Of a stretch of DNA of 64,000 nucleotides, positions 1-10,514 are shown piece after piece. Every line of letters begins with the position of its first letter. The first letter of the stretch is position 1. The notes beneath the pieces are model-generated. The model made no database searches. It saw only the letters and a list, made by a program, of their open reading frames with translations, and was not told where the DNA came from. The position numbers were made by a program, and so were the translations under genes. This DNA is from TPA_inf: Saccharomyces (Eukaryota), in assembly GCA_000146045.2 (NCBI GenBank), contig BK006936.2, positions 352,001 to 416,000 on the forward strand, in the 5' to 3' direction.

Positions 1-192
1 CATCTAAGACAACATACTTAAAAAAGTAATAGTCTTTGATACATTCCTCGTGTAGGACAAAAGCAAAAATTCTCTTCCGTTTATTTTTCATGAAAAAAGC
101 TTGTATCATATACACATATCTATATATTTGCATATTATTCTTTTTCGTTTTTTAGAATTAGCCATATGTTCTCGATAATGAGTAAACCTCTT

Positions 193-1293
193 TCAATTAG
201 CAACGTCCTCCTTTGAAGACTCCTTTGAAGCCAAATGGGCTTCCAAAGATGCGATTTTTTCTCTTAATTCTAGATTTTCTTTTTTGGCCAACTGCAGTTC
301 AATTTGGGTCTCTTTTGATCTGCCATATGCTAACATCTTGGCCATTTCTTTGTTCTCGTTTGTTAAGTTTTCTAATCTTACCACCATTTTGTGAGCAATC
401 GATTCTGCATCATACCTGCCATACTTAGTCACTGAATTTGTTGGATTTAGCGCCAGTGCAGTTAATATACTTTCCAGATTTTCTTTCGTCTCTGCTAACT
501 CCTTTTCCTTTGCATGCAGTGACGATGACAGTTTTCTGAATATCACTTCCAAGGAAGCTGGCAATTCGAAAGTTTGGGGTATATGGCAGTTTTCCTTCTC
601 ATACTTATGCTCATTCTGCTTGTAGTTTAGCCCCTCGTTGAAAATTTTCTTTAGCCTTTGAATTTCGTTCTCGAGTGATTCGATTTGACTTTCCTTTATT
701 TGTAGTTCTACTTCCAATGCTTCCATTCTGTCATCTTTATTTGAATTCATCTCATTGCTGTTGACATTATTCATTGAGAGCGCTGTCACATGATTAAAAG
801 GAACAAATGAATTCTTGAATGCCGTACTATTGATTGAGGTTTTAGCGGTCATATTAGACATTGATGACATCGAGTCATTAGGATTCCCATTAGTATCCTT
901 GTTATTTGTCATATTATTCATTGGATCCAGCCAATAATCATTAGCAGTTGCCCCATTCATGATATTGTTATGATTGAGAGTATTTCTCATAGATGCTTGT
1001 GGTACATTCTGGTAATTATAGGTATTCATTGATGGGGGCATGTTGAAATTTGTTGTACTGTTCAAGCTATGTTGACCCGTTAAGGGACTAGCCGACGAAC
1101 CTTGAGGAAGCATGGAATTATTCATTTTACTCGCCTGACCTAAGGTGTTCATTAATCCCGGCCTGGCATCGTTTCTTTCACCAGATTCGTATAGGGCTTG
1201 TTGCTGTGACTGTTGGTGGGGATGAAATGCCAAATTGTTAAAGGACGTTTCCAACGAATGTTGGGGATCATAATCATAAGCCATGTAATTCAT
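193..1293 (-). CDS. MUM2: MUM2 (YBR057C), meiotic mRNA m6A methylation complex subunit, 366 aa
   Basis: Track ORF 193..1344 is 383 aa. The first ATG is at M18 (the + strand reads 'cat' at 1291..1293), giving MNYMAYDYD... and the known 366 aa with a C-terminal coiled coil. The position next to UBP14 matches chrII gene order. Confidence 0.9.
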
Positions 1294-1589
1294 TTTTACA
1301 ACAGTATTCCAAACGAGCCGTGTATGCAAAAAGAATGAGGTCAAATCAAAAGATCAAGTACCAAGCCAGCTGATTCTCTTCTTACTAAGTTTGACTATCG
1401 TTTACATTTCTTGCTTGTTGTTTCATCAAACAATGTACTCTTTTCTTGTTTTAAATGATTTTTTAGCGGCGAAGGTAACAGCAGCAAAAAAAAAAAAGAA
1501 AAAACATTGCAAAATAGCTAATGGAAATGGATTTATTACTGAAATATGTAGAAATATTTAACTCGATAGATTTGATCATACACATATAA

Positions 1590-1595
<6 letters not shown>

Positions 1596-1661
<66 letters not shown>
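1596..1661. repeat. Compound dinucleotide microsatellite (AT)20(GT)13
   Basis: Read directly from the sequence, in the MUM2 5' / UBP14 3' intergenic region. It is the source of the spurious 71-aa 'HTHTHTHIYIYIYI' ORF. Confidence 0.98.
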
Positions 1662-1671
1662 AAACGTTCTT

Positions 1672-4017
1672 TTAGCATCTTGTATAGAAATAAATATAAC
1701 CATTTTTTTTCATATCTTCAATGCTGTCGGCAGCAACTAGTTTCTCATCGTTATAAAGAACCCACTTCCATTTGTCTGCCACTAGTTTACGAATAAAAAC
1801 AACATAGTGACCAGAATGGACAGAATTTCCCTTATGACAAATAACTGCAGTTAAAGCGTACGGTTTAGCGGTCGAATATCCAAGATCCTTTTTTTGTTGC
1901 TGTTCTTCATTTGGCACTTCAGGTTCGGGAAATGTTCCATCATCATCCATGTTGTTAAATACCCATTCAACACTACGATTAACATCTCCGTTGTTGAGTA
2001 TCAAGGCTTTACGACATAAGTTGGGATTTAGTCCCATGGATAACATTGAAGTCAATGATACCTCATCCACTTCTCTCTTATCTTTCTTGGGGACATTAGG
2101 AGGCGGGACAAAGGGATCATTTAAATCAGGGTCATCCATATGCTGGAATAGCCAATTCATAGCGCTCTCAGCGTCTTGGTTTCCGGTGTTAAATAGGGCG
2201 CGCACGCTAGCATTTTGAGTAAAGCCCATTTCAATTAATTGAGAAATACTGCATTGGTTTGGCGTAAAAGAGCTACGGTTTTCGTCCTCATCAGGCAATA
2301 AGTTTTCAGTTTGAGGATCAAATCCTTGTGATAAATAAGACGAAACATCTAGCATATCATCCCTGTCTATTAAACCTGGTAAAGAAAGCTCATTACTTGT
2401 CTTAACAGGAATCCAGTTCTGTAATCTAATCCTTATTGGGTTCAAAATAAGTGTTTGAGGAAGAGATTTGAAACCAGGTTTTTTATTTGCGGTAACCTTT
2501 TCCTTACAATTAGCACATTTAAATTCAATCGTCTGCCCTTCAAAATACGCCTTGATTCTCTCTAACATATCTTGAGGTTCATCATTCTCCTCTAAGGGAA
2601 TCTGTATAGCCTCTGTGGGTTCATAAGAATATTTAACCTTCCCGCAAATGTTACATTGGAGCCTATCCTCCATCATAAATCTAACTAAATCGTTGGGATT
2701 TGGAATACCTGAAGAACTACTTGAAAAAAATTTCTTGTCTAACAAGTCTAAAAGGAAGGTTAGAAATTCCATCGCATCCTGTTGTCTATTGGAACTGAAT
2801 TCCTGATGATTTTGCCCAATGCATTTCTTGAAAGTAGTAGGTTTGATACCATTTGGATATAGTTCGGGTTCACATTTCATGGCATTGAGTAGCTTGATCC
2901 ATTGGCACTTTAAATTATTGTCCGGATATACAACATCCAGTGGAAATTTACTTCCTAGAAAATCCAAGGACCAATTCGGGACGCCACCATTCACCAAGCT
3001 TTGTATAACCGAATTTAAGTAACAGGAATTACCCAAATTGATCAGACCACAGCCATAATTCTTACTAGCGGATAATTTTTCAAATTCTTTACCGCTAGAA
3101 TCGACCATTCTAAATTGCCAATTTTCGTTCTGTTCCACTTGTAATTGAACTAGAGTCTTTTCATCCGCAATCTTTTCTTGTATGTTAATTCCGTATATTT
3201 GTAGTGCACTGCCTAAATTAACATTATCTGGAAATCTAGTTTCGTCGTCACATGCGTAACAATACAGATCATAGGTTGAAGAGCTTAAAGACCCTAATTT
3301 GATAGCTAATGGGTGATTATTATTACTCCGATAATGATCCAAAGCATGCGAGTGACCATCAATCCCGATTTGTTCCCTGCCACATCCGATATTACCACAA
3401 TGTAGGCATAACCAGAGATTTTGAGTCAAATCACAGGAAGAGCATTGGTTTAAATTCACAGTATTTTCGGGCTTAGATGGAATTTGAAAGTTTTCTGTAT
3501 GTGGACAGGTGCTGATTTCTAACACCCAGGAGTTCTTCTTATCCTCGAAGTCTTGTGACTTCGCCTTTAATATCTTTTCAATCTTCTCCAAGGCCGTAGA
3601 AGAAATGTCAGAGTCTGTCGACTTCGAAAGTACGGTCCTGGGAACATTTTCACCATTGAACCTTTGTAAACTCCAAATAGTGTTGTGGGTGTCGTCTTCT
3701 GACGTCTCAATTACCTGTAGCTTTATTTTTTTGTTGTTATTATTTTCTTCTACATTTTCTTGCTTAGGTTTCTCCACTTTAGCAATAGTTAAATAATTGG
3801 AATGTATGGTATCGCAAGCATATTCTGTGACTCGGATATGGAGTGGAACATGTCTGTTGCACGTAGCTTGGAAACAGTTTAAGCATATATTCAATGAATG
3901 TTTAGGTGATGCATTGAGGGCCAATGGTTCATTATAAGGGGATTCAAAGCAATAAATACACTCATCTTTTGAAACGACTGCAGGAACGTTAACGTTTTCT
4001 AGTACTGCTTCTGCCAT
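1672..4017 (-). CDS. UBP14: UBP14 (YBR058C), ubiquitin-specific protease (isopeptidase T-like) with ZnF-UBP and tandem UBA domains, 781 aa
   Basis: Track ORF is 803 aa. The true ATG is at M23 ('cat' at 4015..4017), giving MAEAVLENVN... and 781 aa. The Cys-box GLINLGNSCYLNSVIQ, the His-box and UBA-like motifs are all present. Confidence 0.93.
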   Translation of the reverse strand: MAEAVLENVNVPAVVSKDECIYCFESPYNEPLALNASPKHSLNICLNCFQATCNRHVPLHIRVTEYACDTIHSNYLTIAKVEKPKQENVEENNNNKKIKLQVIETSEDDTHNTIWSLQRFNGENVPRTVLSKSTDSDISSTALEKIEKILKAKSQDFEDKKNSWVLEISTCPHTENFQIPSKPENTVNLNQCSSCDLTQNLWLCLHCGNIGCGREQIGIDGHSHALDHYRSNNNHPLAIKLGSLSSSTYDLYCYACDDETRFPDNVNLGSALQIYGINIQEKIADEKTLVQLQVEQNENWQFRMVDSSGKEFEKLSASKNYGCGLINLGNSCYLNSVIQSLVNGGVPNWSLDFLGSKFPLDVVYPDNNLKCQWIKLLNAMKCEPELYPNGIKPTTFKKCIGQNHQEFSSNRQQDAMEFLTFLLDLLDKKFFSSSSSGIPNPNDLVRFMMEDRLQCNICGKVKYSYEPTEAIQIPLEENDEPQDMLERIKAYFEGQTIEFKCANCKEKVTANKKPGFKSLPQTLILNPIRIRLQNWIPVKTSNELSLPGLIDRDDMLDVSSYLSQGFDPQTENLLPDEDENRSSFTPNQCSISQLIEMGFTQNASVRALFNTGNQDAESAMNWLFQHMDDPDLNDPFVPPPNVPKKDKREVDEVSLTSMLSMGLNPNLCRKALILNNGDVNRSVEWVFNNMDDDGTFPEPEVPNEEQQQKKDLGYSTAKPYALTAVICHKGNSVHSGHYVVFIRKLVADKWKWVLYNDEKLVAADSIEDMKKNGYIYFYTRC

Positions 4018-4323
4018 TTCTGAATGTGAGAAAGACTTCGGGCTCTCTTTTTGGATGAATTTACCTGTCATCTCTACTGCCATTGCAAGTCGCTTTTCAC
4101 TGTGATTTCATCAAGTGATAAATTTGATCTCATTCCAAACGATGTCATTTTTCAAAGGCACATCAACTGTTATAAATTATATCCTATAGCCACAAGCAAT
4201 TATTAGTTTATGTATTGTGTGTATATTTATGTAACTCTATCCTCCATGATATCCTCCTAAATTTTCTGTCCCCTTGCCTCCAGCTTATACTATTATTAAC
4301 CGAATAAGGATATAAATAATCAT

Positions 4324-4566
4324 TCAAAGGAAGCAATACTTTAGTATACCGAAGAAACTCAAACTGAAAATTGTGAGAAAAAAAACATGGAGGAAGAATG
4401 AATCAAAAGAGGCCATTAAATAAAAGGGTAAATGTATGTAGTAGGTCCAATAAAGCTTTTCCACCACTTCTTCAATAGTATTTAGTATGCCTTCTGATTT
4501 CCCATTACGTCTTTTAGCTTCCTTAGTGGTGGGTATGTACACCATCGAGCTTTTATGTTGTGTCAT
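4324..4566 (-). CDS. TSC3: TSC3 (YBR058C-A), small membrane activator of serine palmitoyltransferase, 80 aa
   Basis: The 80-aa ORF starts at an ATG ('cat' at 4564..4566) and has a hydrophobic C-terminal half. Its size and its position between UBP14 and AKL1 both match TSC3. Confidence 0.85.
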   Translation of the reverse strand: MTQHKSSMVYIPTTKEAKRRNGKSEGILNTIEEVVEKLYWTYYIHLPFYLMASFDSFFLHVFFLTIFSLSFFGILKYCFL

Positions 4567-4860
4567 TTCTTCCCCTTATGATATGTTCCACCTTTGTTCT
4601 TCCGGTTTCTACACTCTTTATCTCTAGTACTTTTAAAATGGTGTCATTTCTGTCAAATTGCGAGCACTATTACTCTTCACTTAACCGCTTCTCGTTAAGC
4701 GCGTCAGGAGTAAACGTCATCTCGCACGATATGCTTAATGCATATGATTTGAGTTACTATTGTTCTATCAATTTAGTTTTTGAGGAAGATATACGGATTG
4801 TCTGCGCCTCTATATGTAACAATGTATGTATATGATTTTATATGTGCTCTATTTATCGAA

Positions 4861-7800
4861 TCATTTCTCGCTTCTAAAGACTGAGAAAAAAGATCTCCTT
4901 TTCCCGTTACTGCCACCACTACTGGATGCACTACTTGCCATCGCTTCACGACGGACCCTTTCCAAATCAAGCGATTGACGGGCCCTAGCGAAGGATTTTC
5001 TCATCTCTGATGGAGTTGAGGTGCTAATAGTAATGCTGCTATTGCTATCCTTATCCTTCGAATGCCGGTATCTTTCCAAATCGTGCCTTTGCTTGGAACC
5101 AGTCCTGTGTGTTTCATGCTTGCCATTTGACCGGGTTGACAGTTCGTGACCAGTACTGTGGCGCTTATTCTCAGTTATTGCGGTGGAAGCATGAGGTGAA
5201 ACTCTATACGAGTGATGTGAATTTGGTGCTGGCGAGTCGTTTTTATTTCTATGCTCTTGAGTTAACGTTGGTGAAGACAGATTTACTTCCTGGAAATTCA
5301 GATCCAATGACTGCCGCGGTTGCCTTGTTGATACGCTGCTGAAGTCCTTGCTTTTGAATTGATTAGACTTACTAGCATCACTTGATCTTGCCTGGTCTTT
5401 ATGACCTCTTTCATTATGGAGTGGTCTTCTTTCAGCTGTTTTTCCTCTCCTTGCATCATCCAAATCAATATCAATGCTTTCGCTGGAGACCATACTATCT
5501 CCCAATTCGTCTGTTGAATAATTGTTCCTCTTACTGGAACCTTTGCGTCCAGAAAGCTTAGCTTGTTGAATTGATGCAGACGATGAAGACGATGAAAAGG
5601 AGGAGACAGCAGCACCAGTATCATCTCTTGATAAGTCCATCTCATTCAAACTTAAATTTAAAACGCCATTTCGATTATTGTTCGAGCCTTTGATAGTTCC
5701 TGAACCGCCGGCATCTTCGATACCGCCAGTTTGAGGCTCATTTGTATCTTGGAAAGATTGCTTTCCTGCATCTTCTTTTAATGGAGATAGTTCAATTAAG
5801 AGAGCTTCATTTTTAGAGGATGAGTGCATTGGTTCATTTGCAGAATTTCCTGCAAGAATTGGAGGTTCACCCCCCTGAGCATTTCTCATATCTTCTGTGG
5901 TATGATTTGTTCTATCAGAGACGTAAGTACCATTATTATTTGCATTTTGAATTTGCATTTGCTGTTGGACTTGCAGTTGTTGCTGAACTTGCATCTGCTG
6001 CTTGGCTTGCATCTGTTGCTTTGCCTGCATCTGTTGTGCCTGCAATTGCTGGGCTTGTATCTGTTGCGCTTGCTGCTGATTCATGGAAATAACAGGTCTC
6101 ACCATTGGAATTGCTGGGGAATTTTGACTTGGGAGATATCCTGACTGGGAGTTCGTGGCGTAATTTTGAGAAATATTCTGAAAGTTGACTCTTCTATTAC
6201 CACTATCTCCAGCAATAGTTCCACCCAACTGCATAGGTTTATTGGACCGATCCCTCCCAGTGTAGAAATTTCTTTGGCTATAATTAGCAGGTCCTTTGGG
6301 TTGGTCCTGTTGTTGCTGCTGTTGTTCAACTCTAGATTGATACTGAGATTCATCTGGAAAGGTATTCCCTTGTGTACCTGTTTGATTTTGAGCTTGCTGA
6401 TATCTCTGGCCTTGCTGTTGTTCTTCCAGGAAAAAGTTACTTGCGTCATTGCTCAATTCATTCGTAGAATGGTATGCAACATTCATTTTTGGAAAGGGAT
6501 TATTCGATTTATGTTGTTTCATCTTATTAATACCAGCAGTTTTCTCGTTCGCCAAGGCTTCGTCTGACCCGATCGTTGCTGCACCATATGATGTGCTCTT
6601 CATTGATCTGCCACCTGAAGAATAAGAGCTTGTGCTCTTTTGCCTCTGTGGTAGTGATTGGGTATTCAAACGAGGACTTTGTTCAGAAATAGTCGGATCA
6701 CTTGATTGTTTGACCAATTCTTTGTCCAAATAAGTATCTAATTCGCTCACGCTTGGATAATATAACTCTCCAGGAGTTTTATTTTCAAAAATTGATTTGT
6801 CCTCTATACCTGGAGACTGGATTGTATTGATTTCTTGAGGATTATTGGCTGTACCAGAACTGTTAGCATTCGATGTTGTTCTTGACGATTTATCTTCGGA
6901 CAGGGTAGACTTCCTCTGATCGGATTGACTTTCTTTCTCTTCTTCAAGTTCTTGGCCGACATTTTGAGATGGTATTCTAGAAACAGCGGCATGACCGTCA
7001 CTAGCGTTCATGGGAAGTTTGGATGAGATTTCAAAAGAAGAAAGAAACATGTCATTCAGTAAGTTTTCTTCTGAGTCACTCAATTTATTGTTCTGCATAA
7101 TTTTCTTTTGTTGTAGCTGGTACATTTGCAATTGAACATTTTGTAATTTATTCTGAAACTGCGTATATTTAGAAAAATTATAGGCACCTTCCGCATACTT
7201 ATCCTCGATTGGAACTTCCACATTTAAAATCTCACATAAATGGTATAATACTTGATAAATGTTCGGTCTCAAATTTGGGTTTTCCGCCAACATGATAATG
7301 ATTAAGTTGATTAGTTTTGATGAATATTTGTTGACAGGAAATTCATATTTGGAATGTAATATAGCAAATTGACCTGTCATTTCAAAAGGGGTGGTGAAAA
7401 ATAATAATTTGTAAAGGAAAACTCCCAAAGCCCATATGTCTGATTTTTCGTTAATGGGCAGACATCTGTAAAGGTCAATCATTTCAGGGGACCTATACTG
7501 CGGAGTAGTATGCACATAGATGTTTTGAGTCAAAAGAGCAATATCTTGATGAGTAGTGACAATTGGGAAACATGTCGACGTGGACCCAAAATCAGCTAGC
7601 TTGAAATTGTTTTTGGCATCTACCAAGACATTTTCAATCTTGATATCGCGATGGATCAAGGACACAGGAAGGTAGTGCATTTGAGAGATAGAAAGAGCAA
7701 CGTCATACATAATTTTCACAATTTCAGCTTCTGTCAGTTTCGTTGACAATCGTTGGTTCATATAATCTAGCAAAGATTTGTTTGGACACAATTCCATTAG

Positions 7801-8187
7801 CAAAAGAACCTCAAATCCTTGAACGCCATCACGACGGCGAGAGGCGTTGGAATCGAAGTATTGTACTATATTTGGGGCCCCTTTCAATTTCTTCATTACC
7901 TCCACTTCATTTCTCATCTCGTTCAATCCATTCTCATCTTGAACTAATACTCTTTTCAGACATGCGACATCGCCAATCTTTAAGGGAACACTTGCTGTAT
8001 TATCAAATTCATTAAGATACTCTAGGAATTTCACCACGTAAATTTGAGCAAAGCCACCTTCTGCTAAATAATTTACCACTTCAACTTTATGTGTGCCTAC
8101 GCAGACAATATGGCCTGGAGTGTACCTCTCTACCGCCGGATGGCCCATTGCCGAAACGCTTCTAGAAGTACCATTCGTGATCGACAT
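4861..8187 (-). CDS. AKL1: AKL1 (YBR059C), Ark-family Ser/Thr protein kinase, 1108 aa
   Basis: The 1108-aa ORF starts at an ATG ('cat' at 8185..8187). An N-terminal kinase domain (HRDIKIENVLV, DFGS) is followed by a long Q/N/S-rich low-complexity tail. Confidence 0.95.
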   Translation of the reverse strand: MSITNGTSRSVSAMGHPAVERYTPGHIVCVGTHKVEVVNYLAEGGFAQIYVVKFLEYLNEFDNTASVPLKIGDVACLKRVLVQDENGLNEMRNEVEVMKKLKGAPNIVQYFDSNASRRRDGVQGFEVLLLMELCPNKSLLDYMNQRLSTKLTEAEIVKIMYDVALSISQMHYLPVSLIHRDIKIENVLVDAKNNFKLADFGSTSTCFPIVTTHQDIALLTQNIYVHTTPQYRSPEMIDLYRCLPINEKSDIWALGVFLYKLLFFTTPFEMTGQFAILHSKYEFPVNKYSSKLINLIIIMLAENPNLRPNIYQVLYHLCEILNVEVPIEDKYAEGAYNFSKYTQFQNKLQNVQLQMYQLQQKKIMQNNKLSDSEENLLNDMFLSSFEISSKLPMNASDGHAAVSRIPSQNVGQELEEEKESQSDQRKSTLSEDKSSRTTSNANSSGTANNPQEINTIQSPGIEDKSIFENKTPGELYYPSVSELDTYLDKELVKQSSDPTISEQSPRLNTQSLPQRQKSTSSYSSGGRSMKSTSYGAATIGSDEALANEKTAGINKMKQHKSNNPFPKMNVAYHSTNELSNDASNFFLEEQQQGQRYQQAQNQTGTQGNTFPDESQYQSRVEQQQQQQDQPKGPANYSQRNFYTGRDRSNKPMQLGGTIAGDSGNRRVNFQNISQNYATNSQSGYLPSQNSPAIPMVRPVISMNQQQAQQIQAQQLQAQQMQAKQQMQAKQQMQVQQQLQVQQQMQIQNANNNGTYVSDRTNHTTEDMRNAQGGEPPILAGNSANEPMHSSSKNEALLIELSPLKEDAGKQSFQDTNEPQTGGIEDAGGSGTIKGSNNNRNGVLNLSLNEMDLSRDDTGAAVSSFSSSSSSASIQQAKLSGRKGSSKRNNYSTDELGDSMVSSESIDIDLDDARRGKTAERRPLHNERGHKDQARSSDASKSNQFKSKDFSSVSTRQPRQSLDLNFQEVNLSSPTLTQEHRNKNDSPAPNSHHSYRVSPHASTAITENKRHSTGHELSTRSNGKHETHRTGSKQRHDLERYRHSKDKDSNSSITISTSTPSEMRKSFARARQSLDLERVRREAMASSASSSGGSNGKRRSFFSVFRSEK
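5953..6080 (-). repeat. AKL1: Imperfect tandem repeat of about 15 bp encoding the poly-Q/QAKQQMQ tract of AKL1
   Basis: ttgcatctgctgctt / ttgcatctgttgctt / tgcatctgttgtgcc and further copies encode QAQQIQAQQLQAQQMQAKQQMQAKQQMQVQQQLQVQQQ. Confidence 0.85.
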
Positions 8188-8651
8188 GATCAGTGCTAAT
8201 TAGAAAGAAAATAACAGGCGACAGGGACGAAAACAAGAGCTTGGGAAAACGTAATAGCAAAAAATGAATGGCAACTAAAATTATCTCTATGATGTCCTGT
8301 GTTGCTTATGCTCCCGAGGCACCGATTCTGATTCAACAATGCTATTGAATTTACTCATTCAAGAAAGGGGGTTCATAGGATTATGGCTTTTATTCAGTAT
8401 TTTTAAGTTTTTTCGGTTATTGAGCTCTGAATAGGGCATTTTCAGAATGGCGGGGTTCACCTAAAAAAAATGAAAAACAAATATAGGTCATAACTCGTCT
8501 GAATTTTCGAAGAGCTCATCAGACGTTTTTCAGTAGGGTTATATGAGAAGTTTTTTAGTCGTTTTAAGATACATCACTAAGTATTGTTGGTTATGGGAAA
8601 GCAAAGCTAGCAAGCCTAGTACTATTACAATTGTTCGTGATATGTATACAT

Positions 8652-10514
8652 TTATAGAGTATTTAAAACGGTTTTCAGAAGTTTTTCAAGTTCCGCATAC
8701 GTGTAGGGTACCCAAATAATTTCCATTCCAGAATTGTTCTTAGTTATGTTGGCCATTTTATGTTCTATGAATTCTCTAAGCATCGACCTTAGAGCTATCT
8801 CATTAGAAGCAATAAAATCAGCGGCACAGAGATGGTTGAAAAGTTTAAGTTCTACTCCAGTTCTTTGAGTACCACGCTTAGGACCTGTGTTAGCGGATAG
8901 ATTCCCCATATTCTGCATTTGTGTTTCAATAAGCAACTTATACATCTTCTTGGAGTTCACAGTAAGTGATTGTAAGACGTATTTCGCACCTTCAGCACCA
9001 CTGCTGGTATCGCTTTTACCCATCTTCATCACATCTTGGAACGTAGACTCGACTGTCGACGGTTCAAAATTCGAAATATCATGAAAGACAAAGTTGTAGT
9101 TTTGGGCCTTCATGTTGTCCCAGAGGAGCGGAGCGTAAATGTGGTCTGTAGAGGCGACTATGGCGATTTGTCTGATGACGGAGAGGAAGCTTAGCATCGT
9201 CTGAAAAGTGTTTTTCCTTATGCTAGGACCATCCAGATTATGCACTACAAGTATTAATTTGATATCTAAAGGTTGATTTTTGTAGAAATCAATCATCTTT
9301 TGGATCTGCAAAATCACATGATTGCCCCAGTACTTAGTTTCGCTTCTTGTCAACTCAGCGGGGACCAAAAGATCGGTAATCTCTTTGAAGACGTCACGAT
9401 AGTTACAGCTAGGGTTGTAACCATTTAAAATAAGGCATGGGATGGAATTTACAGGTTTGTTTTGTTGTAATTCATTCTCATAAGCCAGTTGCGAGTACGC
9501 GATTTTCGGAGACAAGTAGTCAATGGCAAACTCTTCCAAAAAATTACGTTTCGAACCTACACCATAAAATAATAAGGAGAATCCTTGAGTCAATTCAAAC
9601 CAATACTGGGGAAACATTTTTTTCTGAATTTCAAATAACTTTTGCCTGGGACGTTTTTGAAAATTTTCGTTGAAAAAGTTTGATACTAGGGAAAACTCTT
9701 CTCTGGTAACGTCAGGTGCCATTGACATGGTGTGCCTTGACTTCGCATTAGTTCTGACAATTTTTCTTTGGTCGAAATATCCTTCAAAAGTATCCAAAAA
9801 CGAGCTTGCTGACTTGGTTTCCGAAGTTTGGTAGAGCTTTTTATTTTTCGGTACAGGGGTTGGAGTAAAATTTCTACTCAAGGTTAATTTACCTGGGGAG
9901 GTTGAGTCTTTATATTCTTTTAAATTATTCATTATAATTTGCTTTAGGGGCGAAGTAAAATCATGATTAGTGGTTAAAGACTTCTTAGATGGTGTTGCAG
10001 GTTCTGGTGGCTCGGGTGAATTTGATACAAAATTATCATCAGTTTGTGGAGTCACATTATCTTCATATGTTGTGGTCGCTACCTGTATTTTTTCGCGTTC
10101 TCTTTTCTCTTTTATCCCCGTCTTTTCCATCACCTGCTTGTTGTTAGAAGTCTTGCTTTCCTCATTGACATTACCTGATGTATCTTTGTCCAATTTCCTC
10201 TTTTTCTTAGAGGAAATTGTATCTTTCTCATCCTTCTTGATCCTATCAGTTAATTCTTCCTGTATCTTTCTTGGTCTTCCACGTTTACGGGGAGCTTTAC
10301 TTGGCGTTTTAGGTTTGAGTGCCGGATCTGGAGATGTATTTTTCCTTTCGTTGCCTACAAGCGAGATTCTTTCCAACAAATTCTTCTTTGATGAATGAAT
10401 TCTTCTCAGTTGTCTTTCTCCATGTGGGTCAACCCTTTTTGGGGTTACATTCCTGCTTTTTGCCGGAGACGATAGGATATCATTATGCTCTACAAAGTCT
10501 TCCCCATTTAGCAT
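8652..10514 (-). CDS. ORC2: ORC2 (YBR060C), origin recognition complex subunit 2, 620 aa
   Basis: The 642-aa track ORF begins at a non-ATG codon. The real ATG is at M23 ('cat' at 10512..10514), giving MLNGEDFVEHNDILSSPAKSR... and the known 620 aa. Confidence 0.93.
   Translation of the reverse strand: MLNGEDFVEHNDILSSPAKSRNVTPKRVDPHGERQLRRIHSSKKNLLERISLVGNERKNTSPDPALKPKTPSKAPRKRGRPRKIQEELTDRIKKDEKDTISSKKKRKLDKDTSGNVNEESKTSNNKQVMEKTGIKEKREREKIQVATTTYEDNVTPQTDDNFVSNSPEPPEPATPSKKSLTTNHDFTSPLKQIIMNNLKEYKDSTSPGKLTLSRNFTPTPVPKNKKLYQTSETKSASSFLDTFEGYFDQRKIVRTNAKSRHTMSMAPDVTREEFSLVSNFFNENFQKRPRQKLFEIQKKMFPQYWFELTQGFSLLFYGVGSKRNFLEEFAIDYLSPKIAYSQLAYENELQQNKPVNSIPCLILNGYNPSCNYRDVFKEITDLLVPAELTRSETKYWGNHVILQIQKMIDFYKNQPLDIKLILVVHNLDGPSIRKNTFQTMLSFLSVIRQIAIVASTDHIYAPLLWDNMKAQNYNFVFHDISNFEPSTVESTFQDVMKMGKSDTSSGAEGAKYVLQSLTVNSKKMYKLLIETQMQNMGNLSANTGPKRGTQRTGVELKLFNHLCAADFIASNEIALRSMLREFIEHKMANITKNNSGMEIIWVPYTYAELEKLLKTVLNTL

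Noticed and set aside
1463-1678. 71-aa ORF (HTHTHTHIYIYIYIYI)
   Set aside because: It is a translation of the (AT)n(GT)n microsatellite.
5820-6144. 90- and 106-aa plus-strand ORFs within AKL1
   Set aside because: They are antisense to the AKL1 poly-Q-encoding repeat. The result (LLLxLHLLL) is a low-complexity artefact.
9970-10398. 142-aa plus-strand ORF inside ORC2
   Set aside because: It is antisense to ORC2 and has no features.
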